From positions 11,563 to 75,562 of the IMG/VR virus record IMGVR_UViG_3300042691_027241: 64,000 nt of DNA. The stretch is one strand, 5' to 3'. A model generated the notes under the pieces. It was given only the letters and a program-made list of their open reading frames with translations. It was not told the DNA's origin and made no database searches. The position numbers and the translations under genes were made by a program. Source of the stretch: a virus. Position 1 is the first letter of the stretch. The number at the start of each line of letters is the position of its first letter. Shown here one piece after another: positions 1 to 10,700 of the stretch.

Positions 1-713
1 ATTGTGGGTATATCACAAAACACACAGTGCCTAACACAACCCCTACTGGTTTCCATTGGTAATACACCAGTTTCGTATCCACTTTGATATTTTAAAATAT
101 CAAAATCTGAAAAATCCATATAAGTATGATCTTGTACCACGCTACGTTCTGCTAAAAAATCGGTGTCAACTCCGGCAACATCGTAGTTTCCTTTGACAAT
201 CTCAGGTATAGTAGTTTCGGCTTCGCCGCGTATCCAGTGATCAATAAGACTGCGGTCTTTTAAATAGTGTGCAAACTCTGGACGAGTACTATAACTCCCG
301 TTTTCCTCTCTTATCAAGCCCTGCCCACCAATTATAATTTCAGCACTACAACTTGTTCTAAAAATTTTTAGAAATTCTTCCGCAAATTTTTGTGCCTGCC
401 AACTAAACACACTGATAAACAATTTTTTAGGAGCATAAGAAATTATTATGTTGGTCCATTTTTTAAGAAATTCTTCAAAAAGTTCACGACATTGATTATC
501 AAGGTTTTTATTTTTTACAAATAAAAATTCATCTATCTGTGAAAATAAATTTGGATCAACACTGTTTTTAAAATTTGTAAAATAATCTAAATTAATATCA
601 AGAACTTTACTTTCTAAATCTAAGTTCGTCAGTATACTTTTGATAATGGCTGGTGCTGCTGCTGGTCGTAATGCAGCTACTCTTGGAATAGTAAGGATTA
701 CAGCATAAGTCAT
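1..713 (-). CDS. Cobalamin-binding (class B-like) radical SAM protein; partial, 3' end runs off the window
   Basis: Not in the ORF track; translated by hand from ATG at 713 (ATGA overlap with the upstream stop): MTYAVILTIPRVAALRPAAAPAIIK...IIIGGQG...WIRGEAE...METSRGCVRHCVFCDIP. Has CxxxCxxC and is colinear with the 710-2191 paralogue. Confidence 0.85.
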   Translation of the reverse strand, partial: MTYAVILTIPRVAALRPAAAPAIIKSILTNLDLESKVLDINLDYFTNFKNSVDPNLFSQIDEFLFVKNKNLDNQCRELFEEFLKKWTNIIISYAPKKLFISVFSWQAQKFAEEFLKIFRTSCSAEIIIGGQGLIREENGSYSTRPEFAHYLKDRSLIDHWIRGEAETTIPEIVKGNYDVAGVDTDFLAERSVVQDHTYMDFSDFDILKYQSGYETGVLPMETSRGCVRHCVFCDIPT

Positions 714-2191
714 TTAGCTACAATCTCCAACACTCGCCGAGAATTATAGGTTCGCGAAAGTTGAGAAAAGATAAAACTAAATTCATCATATACTCGCGGC
801 TGAGGATAGCGTAAAAGTTTTGTGACCTTATGCAATTCCATACGCCTTCTAATTCGTTCTGCAAACGTAAGCTGTGCGTTTGATAAATTAACCCAATCAA
901 ATTCGCCGTATAAGTATTCGTCATTATCTAATTCGTTTATTAAAGGCAATTTTTCGCGGTATTTTACATCTAACGGGGAGCCTTTTAATATTCCGGTAGT
1001 AAAGCCCCATCTTATTAATTTGATAACTCTTGATAATGCATATTTTTGATAACGATAAAGATATTCAATATTTGTTTGATGATCAGTTAATGTTTCTGTT
1101 GGATAACCAACCTGCATTAAAAACGTATTTGATACTCCATATTTTCCAGAACAGTACAGATGAAAATCAACGTCGTTATTGTCAAATTTTTTGCCCATAT
1201 GATACCGTACTGGTACACTAAATGATTCTATACCCACAACCAAATCCGTACCTCCAGCTTCAACCATTGTTCTAAAATCTTCTTCGCTAAATTGATTTTT
1301 TGGACGACAAATATAATCTCCTCTATATCTAAGTTTTTTTAAACTTGGATAGGTTGATTGTGCATTAACGAGTAATTTGTTAAATTTTTTAAATTCTGAC
1401 AAACTTCCATTGATTAAATTATCAGTAAATTCAATTAGTGTAACACCATATTCTAAGTGATGATGTAAAATTTCATTAAACAGATGTTCTGCTGTTCTAA
1501 AGCGATATTTGGTCCAAATGTAACCAACATCACAAAAAGTGCAATCTCTGACACAACCTCGACTTCCAGTAACATATGCACTCATAGTACCGTTTTTACA
1601 ATATGTACTTGGAAGAATTTTGTCATAGCAGGCAAAAGGTATTTGATTAAGATTATCTACAAAAAATTTTTGATCTGTAGAAATCCAATCATCAGGATTT
1701 TTTATATAGGCTTGAAATGCTAAATCAGCTTCACCTAAAATATAATGATCTATGATCTGTTTGGCAATTGCATGTTTATAAAAAGGTACGCCATTGTTAT
1801 CATTGTCCGGAGATGTAGCACCATGACCACCAATAACAATCTTGCTTTTAGGATATTTTTGTCTTAACAGCGGCAGCACTATATTTGCTGCTCTTAGGGT
1901 TTCAAATGTAAACAGACTTACAGCAATAATCTTATAATGTTTATCTGGTAAGTTTTTTGTGACTAAATCAATAAAATCATCAATATATAGACTGGTTTTT
2001 TTATAGTAAACCAGATAATCCTCAAAATCTTTTCTTACAGCAGCCGGCATTGTAACTATAGCAGCCAAATTTAGATCAAGCACATCATAATCAATGTTGG
2101 CAGACTTACACATGCCAGCCAGGCCAGCAATTACAGCAGGAGGCCTTTCGGCCTCTTGTCTTGGTAAGTTAATTAGTAATGCTGTATCCAT
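710..2191 (-). CDS. Cobalamin-binding (class B-like) radical SAM protein, putative methyltransferase
   Basis: GSRGCVRDCTFC motif. N-terminal B12-binding-type domain (IVIGGHG, ILGEAD); FTDNL, GIES and VGYPTET core motifs. Confidence 0.85.
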   Translation of the reverse strand: MDTALLINLPRQEAERPPAVIAGLAGMCKSANIDYDVLDLNLAAIVTMPAAVRKDFEDYLVYYKKTSLYIDDFIDLVTKNLPDKHYKIIAVSLFTFETLRAANIVLPLLRQKYPKSKIVIGGHGATSPDNDNNGVPFYKHAIAKQIIDHYILGEADLAFQAYIKNPDDWISTDQKFFVDNLNQIPFACYDKILPSTYCKNGTMSAYVTGSRGCVRDCTFCDVGYIWTKYRFRTAEHLFNEILHHHLEYGVTLIEFTDNLINGSLSEFKKFNKLLVNAQSTYPSLKKLRYRGDYICRPKNQFSEEDFRTMVEAGGTDLVVGIESFSVPVRYHMGKKFDNNDVDFHLYCSGKYGVSNTFLMQVGYPTETLTDHQTNIEYLYRYQKYALSRVIKLIRWGFTTGILKGSPLDVKYREKLPLINELDNDEYLYGEFDWVNLSNAQLTFAERIRRRMELHKVTKLLRYPQPRVYDEFSFIFSQLSRTYNSRRVLEIVAK

Positions 2192-2732
2192 GCTTTGTGA
2201 GAAAATCTATAATTTGTTCTTCTATTTCAACCTCTTGCGTGCTGCCAAAATATTTTAAAGAATCATAATTATTAGAAATAAATTCATTATCTTTGTTAAT
2301 AAAATAGCTATCTAAAAAATTAAAATAATTCTTTATAAAAAAATATCTAATGGTTCCATTAAAATATAAACTACGTTCATGATAAGTTTCCGGGGGAACC
2401 TCTTTAAGAGAGGTCAGATACCCAATTGAATAAATTGGCGTGACCTCGCCATAATGCAAAGCATCAGGTAAAAGAATATCGTCTATCCAGATATGATTAA
2501 TCCTTACAAATTTGTCTGCAATAATTTTATTATTCTCTAAAACGGTGTCTTGCTCAGTTTTATTTTTGTGTTTTACAATAATAAACTTGTCATAGCTGTC
2601 AGATGTATCAATCGAAATAATTTCTGTTGCAGTTGCAACAAAGTCCTTTACAAGGACTTCATTGACCCAGATTTCTAAGCACGGTCCCTTATCATCAACT
2701 GTTCCGCACACAAGTTCAAATGTAATAATCAC
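2169..2732 (-). CDS. Hypothetical protein between gp46 and the B12 radical SAM pair
   Basis: 187-aa ORF overlapping both neighbours; no recognised catalytic motif. Confidence 0.7.
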   Translation of the reverse strand: MIITFELVCGTVDDKGPCLEIWVNEVLVKDFVATATEIISIDTSDSYDKFIIVKHKNKTEQDTVLENNKIIADKFVRINHIWIDDILLPDALHYGEVTPIYSIGYLTSLKEVPPETYHERSLYFNGTIRYFFIKNYFNFLDSYFINKDNEFISNNYDSLKYFGSTQEVEIEEQIIDFLTKHGYSITN

Positions 2733-4498
2733 TTTATTTCGACATCGGTGTTGTAGGTGGTGAAGCCATTTTCTTTGATTACACTTAACACATTATTCAC
2801 ACGACCAGCTAATTCATCTTTGTGACTTACTAACCAAACACTACGATTACCTTCTCTTGACATTTTCTTAAGAACGGCCAAGCTGTTTTCGACGCCCGAG
2901 CTATCCATTCCGGTATCAATGACTTCGTCAATAAACAACAAGTTAATTGGTTGATATAAACTTTCCCAGACATCACGGAATGCCCAACTTAGGCTTAGAA
3001 TTAATCTATTGCGTTCTCCTCTACTTAAATTATCGAAGTCTAATTCTCGACCCAGCTCTTCAATACTTACCGACAAATCATTTAAGAATTTGACAGTATG
3101 CGGAAGCCCGATTCGATCTAAATATTGACTTAGTCTGGAATTAAGGTAACTCAAATTTTGATCAATTATACGTTTACGAATAAAACTGTCTTTGTTGGTT
3201 AATAGTTTAAGTAAAAACTCTTGGTGTTCGCGCACATTAGCAAGATCATTTATTAAATTGTAATCTATTTCTTCTACTGCTTTTGTTTCCATTTCTTTGA
3301 TCTGTTCTTCATAAGGATCAGGTTCGGCTTGCTTTGTTGCCAGTTGTTGTTTTAAATTGGCCACGGTGTTTCTATGATTGATGGCATCTTCTTTGTTATC
3401 GTAAAACACTCGTGGCGCAGCACCTGTTGTACCTAATAAATTTAATGCATCAATATGCGACATTAATTGTTCGTCATTGGCAAGATACTGTAGTGAAGTT
3501 TCTTTTAATGTATTACGTTTTTCTGTTAAAACTTCCTCATGTTTGGTATCGTGCAGAGCTTGTCCACAAGCATAACATTCATGTTTTTCAAGTTTTTCAA
3601 TTTCAGATTTTAATTTGTCAAGTTGCTTTAATATTCGAACTTGTTCTGTTTCGCAGGCCACTCGCCAACGAGATATTTCTTTAATTTTATTTGATTTTTC
3701 GTTGTACTCATCGAGTAAGTTGTGATTGTGTAATTCTTGATCAATATCCAAATCGCCTACTACTGCAAGAGCTTGTTCTAATTCTACTAATTCGTTTACC
3801 TGTTTATTTCGCCATAAATTTTGTCTACGACGAGTTGCTTCAATTTGTTCTTGAATACGAGCATTGGCGTCTGTTACTGCTTTAATTCGATATTCTTCTT
3901 GTGTTATAGCATCTCGAGTTGCCTTTAATTGCTCTTTAAGTGCATCAGCCTTTTCACTGAGCATAGTAATACCAAGTAGCTGCTCGATGATGGTACGTTG
4001 ATCGTTTGCTTTCAATGCAAGGAAAGGTTCTGTGTAAGTGTTGAGTGCAACAATGTGTTTGAACATGTCGTGACTCATGCCCAACATGCGTTCAATCTCT
4101 GCTTGTGTTTCTCTGCTATCGCCCTGGCTTTCGTCGGTAATCTGCTGCTCTTGGCCGCCTACATAAAAAGCCATTGTGTTAGGTTTACGGCCACGTTCAA
4201 TTTTGTAGTCCGTGCCATCTTTTTCAAATTCAATAGTAACCAACATGTTCTTACCATTTGTTTTGTTGATAAGATTATCTTTTTTAATGTTGGTTAAAGC
4301 TGAACCATATAGCGCATAGCTGAGTGCATTGATAATGGTTGTTTTGCCAGTTCCATTTCTTGCTCCCGTGTCATCTCCGCCAAGATCTAAATTTTGCCCC
4401 AATACAAGAGTCAGATCCTTGCGATCAAACTGAACAGCCTGGGTAGCATTGCCCACGCTCATAAAATTTTTAACTGCGAGTGTTTTAATTTTAAACAT
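2729..4498 (-). CDS. gp46: Recombination nuclease ATPase subunit (Rad50/SbcC, T4 gp46-like)
   Basis: Walker A NGTGKTT, coiled coil with CYAC zinc hook, signature LSRGE, Walker B LLFIDE, H-loop VSH. Confidence 0.93.
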   Translation of the reverse strand: MFKIKTLAVKNFMSVGNATQAVQFDRKDLTLVLGQNLDLGGDDTGARNGTGKTTIINALSYALYGSALTNIKKDNLINKTNGKNMLVTIEFEKDGTDYKIERGRKPNTMAFYVGGQEQQITDESQGDSRETQAEIERMLGMSHDMFKHIVALNTYTEPFLALKANDQRTIIEQLLGITMLSEKADALKEQLKATRDAITQEEYRIKAVTDANARIQEQIEATRRRQNLWRNKQVNELVELEQALAVVGDLDIDQELHNHNLLDEYNEKSNKIKEISRWRVACETEQVRILKQLDKLKSEIEKLEKHECYACGQALHDTKHEEVLTEKRNTLKETSLQYLANDEQLMSHIDALNLLGTTGAAPRVFYDNKEDAINHRNTVANLKQQLATKQAEPDPYEEQIKEMETKAVEEIDYNLINDLANVREHQEFLLKLLTNKDSFIRKRIIDQNLSYLNSRLSQYLDRIGLPHTVKFLNDLSVSIEELGRELDFDNLSRGERNRLILSLSWAFRDVWESLYQPINLLFIDEVIDTGMDSSGVENSLAVLKKMSREGNRSVWLVSHKDELAGRVNNVLSVIKENGFTTYNTDVEIK

Positions 4499-5517
4499 TA
4501 AAGATTTCTATAGATATCAAGCAATAGGGTTTTATTATATTGGTCACTTTGAATGTTTGTAAGTTGATTGGTTACAATAGTATCTACACTTTCAAACATT
4601 ATGTTTCCGGTGATATCGTAGTTGATATCTTCGGTAATAGATTTTTGCGGAATAAGTGTAATTTCTCTTAGGCCGTAAGTATTTACAAATGTTTCTTTAA
4701 TAAACGTAGCTTCTTCGTAGCTAATATCCACATCAAGATTCACACGTACATGCATGTCTTTATGCAACAATGCATCCGTATTTTGTAATACATCACTTAG
4801 TTGATACACACGATATCGTGGTTGATTGGGCCACGCATGATATTCAGGTTCTGCACCCCACTCCAGGATCATCATACCTCGTTCATCGTCGTGATTGTCG
4901 GCATAGTTGTGCGGGAAGCAGTTGCCAATATAAGTTATATTTTTTTGTGTTTGTCGTTTGTGAAAATGCCCAGTGAACACATGTTCAATACCGGTAAAGT
5001 CCTCACGCCGGACATCGCCATGATCGGGCATTTGTACCATGGCATTCATGTAGAATGTTGGTAGTTCAAAATGCCCAAACATGTACTTGGCTGATAATTT
5101 TGGTATGCGTTTGTAGTCTTCGCCTACTAACCAAGGGGCCACAATAACATCACCGCTGTGTAGCCAATCATTACAAATGATGACATTCGGTAAATGTTTA
5201 GCCCACTCAACACTTTGGACATCACGCTTGTCGCGATAATATAAGTCGTGATTGCCAGGGATAAAGTAAACACGATCGAAGTTATCGTTGAGATGTTCCA
5301 AAGCACGGAGACTATAGTTAAGAGTGACAATATTGATACTGGCACGATTGTTATGCCAATCTCCAAGAAAAAACGCTGTTTCACATCCTTCTTCCTTTGC
5401 CTTAGCAGTGAACCATTTTATGAAGTTTAAGCAATCTTCATTGTGTGTTTGACTGTTGCTTTTTAGCCCAAAGTGTATATCTGTGCAGACTGCTGCTCGT
5501 TTAAATAGATTACTCAT
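4498..5517 (-). CDS. gp47: Recombination nuclease subunit (Mre11/SbcD, T4 gp47-like metallophosphoesterase)
   Basis: DIHFG, GDW, GNHD and GHFH phosphoesterase motifs; adjacent to the Rad50-like gene. Confidence 0.93.
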   Translation of the reverse strand: MSNLFKRAAVCTDIHFGLKSNSQTHNEDCLNFIKWFTAKAKEEGCETAFFLGDWHNNRASINIVTLNYSLRALEHLNDNFDRVYFIPGNHDLYYRDKRDVQSVEWAKHLPNVIICNDWLHSGDVIVAPWLVGEDYKRIPKLSAKYMFGHFELPTFYMNAMVQMPDHGDVRREDFTGIEHVFTGHFHKRQTQKNITYIGNCFPHNYADNHDDERGMMILEWGAEPEYHAWPNQPRYRVYQLSDVLQNTDALLHKDMHVRVNLDVDISYEEATFIKETFVNTYGLREITLIPQKSITEDINYDITGNIMFESVDTIVTNQLTNIQSDQYNKTLLLDIYRNL

Positions 5518-5523
5518 CGTATT

Positions 5524-5553
5524 AGTTTACTATTTTCTAAACAGTAAAGTCAA
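5524..5553 (-). promoter_or_regulatory. Putative sigma70-type promoter for gp47-gp46 (TTGACT-N18-TAAACT)
   Basis: -35 at 5553-5548 and -10 at 5529-5524; only 6 nt separate the -10 from the gp47 ATG. Confidence 0.55.
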
Positions 5554-5555
5554 AC

Positions 5556-6428
5556 TTAATCGTCGCTATAATCGCCAGATTGTGGATTACCGCCCCAAGA
5601 TCCCATACCTTGTCTGGTATAACTTGGAGTAAGTCCGTTCATTTCAAGAATATCATCTCGAAGATTTTGGTTGCGCTTTTCAATGTTAAGCACTCGAGTA
5701 AAGGAATTAGTGATAGCAGCAGTATAATAAGCAAAAGGATTTTGTGATTTGCTTTCATCAAATTGTAGTCCTATCTGAGAGAGTTGAAGTAATGCTTGAC
5801 TACGCATTTCATCGTTGTAAGTGTAGCCGCGCCAGTTGCTACGTGTAGCATAACGCTCGCACAATTTCATAAACATATGAGCCAGCTTTTTGGTCATTGC
5901 ACCGTGCTCTCGGCAAAACTCCCCATCAGATACATCTCCTTTCCAATGACTTTTGCCCACACAATAAGGAATTCCTTCGTCGTTAATTCGATAATGTTGG
6001 AAAGGAGGAAAATTACATTTAACATACTTGGCAGGAGGAGCGTCTGTTGACAAATCATCATACTCAGTAAGCACATTTTCCTCATCATCAATAACTTTTT
6101 TCTTTTTAGATGTATCCTGCGGAATATGATTCCAAGTCATTATTCTGAATACTACATCTGTATCGGCAATCTTGCTGGGTTTTATAGCAAAATTTTCGAG
6201 CTTTAATTTTTCACTTGAAACGGACTGCGCTGCATCATATGCTGCTCTGGCCAGTCGTTCTGCACGTAGCTTACGCCCCTCTGTGATATTTTTTTTGTTT
6301 ATTTTGTCTATACTTGGTAGTATGATATCGTAATCACCATCTTCGGGCAACAAAAAACTACAGTAGGTAAGTTTGCTTTTGTGGATTTCTTTGAGAATAT
6401 CGCGATTGTTTAGATAATTGTGTTTCAT
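5556..6428 (-). CDS. gp55: Late-transcription sigma factor (T4 gp55-like)
   Basis: NYLNNRDILKEI N-terminus and NWRGYTYNDEMRSQAL...FDESKSQNPFAYYTAAITNSFTRVLNIEK match the gp55 family pattern; 55-47-46 synteny as in T4. Confidence 0.88.
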   Translation of the reverse strand: MKHNYLNNRDILKEIHKSKLTYCSFLLPEDGDYDIILPSIDKINKKNITEGRKLRAERLARAAYDAAQSVSSEKLKLENFAIKPSKIADTDVVFRIMTWNHIPQDTSKKKKVIDDEENVLTEYDDLSTDAPPAKYVKCNFPPFQHYRINDEGIPYCVGKSHWKGDVSDGEFCREHGAMTKKLAHMFMKLCERYATRSNWRGYTYNDEMRSQALLQLSQIGLQFDESKSQNPFAYYTAAITNSFTRVLNIEKRNQNLRDDILEMNGLTPSYTRQGMGSWGGNPQSGDYSDD

Positions 6429-6451
6429 TAAGTTCCTTAAAATACGCTGTT

Positions 6452-6480
6452 AATTTAGCAAATAAATAATAAAAAAGCAA
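6452..6480 (-). promoter_or_regulatory. Putative sigma70-type promoter for gp55 (TTGCTT-N17-TAAATT with extended -10 TGn)
   Basis: Minus strand reads TTGCTT ttttattatttattTGc TAAATT; an AAGGAA SD-like motif precedes the ATG at 6428. Confidence 0.5.
6462..6468 (+). promoter_or_regulatory. Putative gp55-dependent late promoter (ATAAATA) for the tail operon
   Basis: Resembles the T4 late consensus TATAAATA; lies upstream of a GAGG SD and the ATG at 6492. Confidence 0.55.
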
Positions 6481-6491
6481 GAGGAAAATAT

Positions 6492-7433
6492 ATGCCAGTA
6501 GTAGAAGATTCAAAAATTGGGCTTTTTGCGCCTAATAAAAACAGCCAATTAAATCCAACGCTGGATGCAGAAGGACGGGCTGCCTTTTTGGCACGCCAAA
6601 AAAGTGCAATAAGCGGCAGTGGAGACCCCAAGGAAAGTCGTTTGTTAAAAGCCGGTTTACAAGCAGACGGCACCGCAATTACATCTTCTATGGCCAACGG
6701 AACTCCCAGTGTTGGGTTTGATAAATCTGGTGAAGAATGGCGTGTACGAGTCAGTGTTGCGCCCGCAGCAAAAATATTATATAGGGATCCCAATCCTGGG
6801 GTAATGTCGTTTCTTAAAGATACTGATGGAGTCATTTTTCCTTACGTGCCTCAGGTTACTGTTGCCTATCAAGCAAGATATGGGTCACAACCGCTTACAC
6901 ACTCAAACTATACAAATTATTTTTACGAAGCCAGCGAAGTACAAGCAATTCAAATTAACGGCGAATTTTCTGTACAAAACGAATTTGATGCACAGTATCT
7001 TTTAGGTGTCCTTTATTTTTTTAGAGCTGCTACAAAAATGTTTTACGGAAATTCTGGAATATACCAAGGATCGCCGCCGCCTATCCTGTATTTAGATGGA
7101 TACGGTGCTCATTATTTACCTCACGTTCCGTGCTTGTTAACTCAATTTTCTCATACGATGCCAAATGACGTTGACTATCTTGAGACGACATTTCAAGGTA
7201 AGGGCACCTCAAAAACAACAATAGACACAGTTACAAAATTGCCTGTGACAAAAACAGAACCTGGCAGAAACTATATTACTACGGAAACAGGAGAATTACC
7301 GTCAAAAACAAGACTTCCTACAGTAAGCACGATTTCAATCACCCTGCAACCGGTGTATAGTCGTACAAAACAAAGAGAATTTGACTTTAATGCTTTTGCA
7401 AGGGGCGATATGATAACCAAAGGAATGTTGTAA
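6492..7433 (+). CDS. Putative baseplate tail-tube initiator/cap protein (gp48/gp54-like)
   Basis: First gene of the baseplate cluster, directly before the gp53-like gene; VIFPYVPQV...GSPPPILYLDGYG...VPCLLTQFSH pattern of tube-fold baseplate proteins. Confidence 0.55.
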   Translation: MPVVEDSKIGLFAPNKNSQLNPTLDAEGRAAFLARQKSAISGSGDPKESRLLKAGLQADGTAITSSMANGTPSVGFDKSGEEWRVRVSVAPAAKILYRDPNPGVMSFLKDTDGVIFPYVPQVTVAYQARYGSQPLTHSNYTNYFYEASEVQAIQINGEFSVQNEFDAQYLLGVLYFFRAATKMFYGNSGIYQGSPPPILYLDGYGAHYLPHVPCLLTQFSHTMPNDVDYLETTFQGKGTSKTTIDTVTKLPVTKTEPGRNYITTETGELPSKTRLPTVSTISITLQPVYSRTKQREFDFNAFARGDMITKGML

Positions 7434-7738
7434 TGGCCAAAGTAGCTTATTCAAGTAACAGCCCATATGCCCAAACAAGTACGTTTGGGAATTTTTTAGA
7501 CGTAATGACCAATCGACCAATTACAAAAAAAGACGACGATGTGTTGTATGAAATTGATAAGGTGTACGAATTTAGGCCCGACATACTTGCATCTGACCTG
7601 TATGGCGATAGTGCGCTATGGTGGGTGTTTGCTATGCGTAATCCCAATGTACTGAAAGATCCGCTTTTTGATTTTCGTGCAGGGGTTCAAATTTTTATCC
7701 CCAAAAAGGCCACACTCCAACAAGATTTAGGAGTATAA
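7433..7738 (+). CDS. gp53: Baseplate wedge protein (T4 gp53-like, LysM-related)
   Basis: YEFRPDILASDLYGDSALWWVFAMRNP motif. Confidence 0.8.
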   Translation: MAKVAYSSNSPYAQTSTFGNFLDVMTNRPITKKDDDVLYEIDKVYEFRPDILASDLYGDSALWWVFAMRNPNVLKDPLFDFRAGVQIFIPKKATLQQDLGV

Positions 7739-7739
7739 C

Positions 7740-10700
7740 TTGCCAAAAGAGCTTAGATTTAGTCAGCAAAAACTTGACGAAGTTAACAAGTTAATCAAAG
7801 GCGGCTACAGTGAGGATGACGCTTTTAATCGTGCTGGTATTACTGAGGAAGAGTATGACCTGTATCGACTGGATGATAAAGGTCGAGTCACAAAAGCATT
7901 TGATGTAATTGAAGTTAGAACCAAAGAGGAAGAAGAAGCGAGGATAGCCGAAGACCAGAGACGAGTAAAAGAAGCAGAAGAACGACGAGCACGTCGTGAA
8001 GAAGAAATCAGAGTCGACCGCGAGAAAAACTTAGAGCGATTACGAAAAAAGAGAGAAGACGAAAAGGCCGCAGCTAAAAAAGGTTGGAGTGACGAAGAAG
8101 ACAAAGCAGAAACTACCGGTCCATCAAACACTCGAGGGGAAGTAACAACAACCACAAGTGGCGGTGGGGTAAGAGAAACCAGAATGACTGCTGAAATGTC
8201 GGACTGGACAGGCAAAAACAATACTGCTCGCAAAGCAGACGACGCAGCCACAACAGCAGCAAAAAACGAATATCTAAGATCTTTGGGCTTAGAAAACGCC
8301 AACTTCAGAGAGAAGAATAGGGCATTACGTGCTGCCGAAGCCGAGGGTAAAGATTTTAATGTCACTACAAATCGTGATGCACTGGGCCCGCCACCTCAAA
8401 CGCAGTATGAAGACGTCACTATCAGACCAAATCAAACTAATGTTCAAGTAACCAACGACGGTGCACAGACAGCCAATCAAGCAGCAAAAAATCAAGCCGA
8501 CGGTCAAACCGCAGAAGATAAATTAAAAAATGAAAATTTGTCTCCGCAACCAGGCGCCGGAAACAATCAACCAACCACAACCAATGACCCAAATCCTCTA
8601 ATTGTACCTGCCGCGACTGTAAGCACAGCCGAAGCAGACAAAATTCGAAACAATGCAAACAGAGGATCGAGCGCCGAAGAACTACCCCCGAACGCTTTTC
8701 CGGCTCCAGGCAGCAGCGAAAGCAATTCCGTTGAAGCCGGAAGAGACTTAGAAAAACGCAAACAATCAAGTATATCAGGAACTACCAGCAGTAGTAAACC
8801 AATTGATTCTGGCAAGTCAGATAGCGACAAACAAAAGGAGTTGTCGCTAAAATTAGCACAAGCCAAGAAAAATTTACTGCATGACTATACCAGCAGTACC
8901 TATAGACTTACTTTATATCTTCTGTCGGCCATGGATTATACTGCCATGATAGAACGGCCCAGCAGCTTTGAACCTAAATTTGCTTTGATTTCAAGTGGTG
9001 GTGGTTTTCCTAACAAGCAGCCCCTAACAACTGTTGCATCAGCAACAAAAACTGGACGCCACCCTGATTTCATGGAAGATTTCTTTATTGAAAATCTCAG
9101 TCTTACCACTGTGGTTGGTTTGAATGCAAAAACCAAAGCCAGTAACGCAATAGAAATAAGTTTTAATATAATTGAACCATATGGTATGACATTATTAGAC
9201 AGGCTACAAAGTGCTTGCATGATGCCGCCTGTTGAATGCCCTAATTATATGGATCAGCCTTATCTATTAGAAATTGATTTCATATCAAATGTAAATGAAG
9301 CTACACCAACATCTAATAGAATTGATAGAAAACGTGTTGCCATCAAAATTATAGAAATGAAAATTAAACCTGGAACAGGTGGTACAGAATACAGATGTAG
9401 AGCTATTCCATACAACCACACTGCGTTTCAGGATTCGGTAGCTGGCCTACCTATTGCACTTAGCGTACAAGCAGGTACTGTGGGAGAATTCTTTGACAGT
9501 AATAAAGAAATAGAAAAAATATTTTCAGCCGAAGTATCACAGAATGAAGAGCGAGTGGAAAGTGAATTAAAAAAATGGGTGGCAGATCAAGAAAGTAAAA
9601 ATCAAGGAACCAAACCTACAGAAGCAGAAATAAATCAAGAAAGAGACCGTAGAAAAGCAGCTTTGGATTATGCAACCAAAAGTTATCCAGCTGGTTATAA
9701 CGGTTTTATGCGCGGCGTGTCGGGCCCAGGAAGAACATTTGGCTTACCTCCGTCGTTGATCACTTTTAATATTACAGACAGTAGGATACAGAAAAGCAAA
9801 ATTGTTGATGAAAAGTTTGCTGAGGCACGCACAGTACCAATGTCAGATCCAGATGAATCAGTAAACTCTTCTCATAAGAGATCGCAACTTAAAGATGGTA
9901 AAACCAAACAAGGATTCAATATCAATCCAGGGATTAACATTGTGCAATTGATTGACCGAGTGATGCAAAGTAGCGAATACATATCAGGTCAAGTCAAGGA
10001 AGCCAAAGACGCAATAGAGAGAAACAGAGGAATAATATCTGATAGGAGTAACTTGCTGAATGATGCAAATCAAACTCAAATTAACAGAGAACAGGCAGCA
10101 AAAGAGAGAAGAGAAGCTCAAGCCGAACTTAACAAATACCAGTTTTTAGATTGGTACAAAATAATACCACAGATATATCTTAATGGATTTGATAATAGTA
10201 CCAATGCTTACAGTAGAACAGCGGTGTATACAATTGTGCCTTATAAAGCAGCTAATGCTTACCATCCTGATTTTGCCAAAACAAGAATTAACAAAAGTAA
10301 AATTGTAAGAGCATACAATTATCTCTACACAGGGCTGAATCAAGACATTATTAGTATAGAAATAGATTTTGATAGTTTATTCTATACCGGAATCACTGCA
10401 TATCAAGACAGTAAAACTGCTGTGGCAGCAAGTTATAGTAATCCATTAGAGGATGAAGATAATGCAGCGAGAGATGCTGACCCTAATAGGCCGAATGCCA
10501 AAAGAAATTTAGATTTACCAACATCTTACAAGCCTCGAGGTGTAAACGCCAAAGGTTCAGGACAAATGAATAGAGCTGTTAAACCCGATGCAACTGCGGT
10601 TAGTGATATTGCTGACAGCATATATACCAGCAGTCGCGGCGATATGTTAAATGTGCAATTACGTATTATAGGCGATCCTGGATTTATTAAGCAGGACGAC

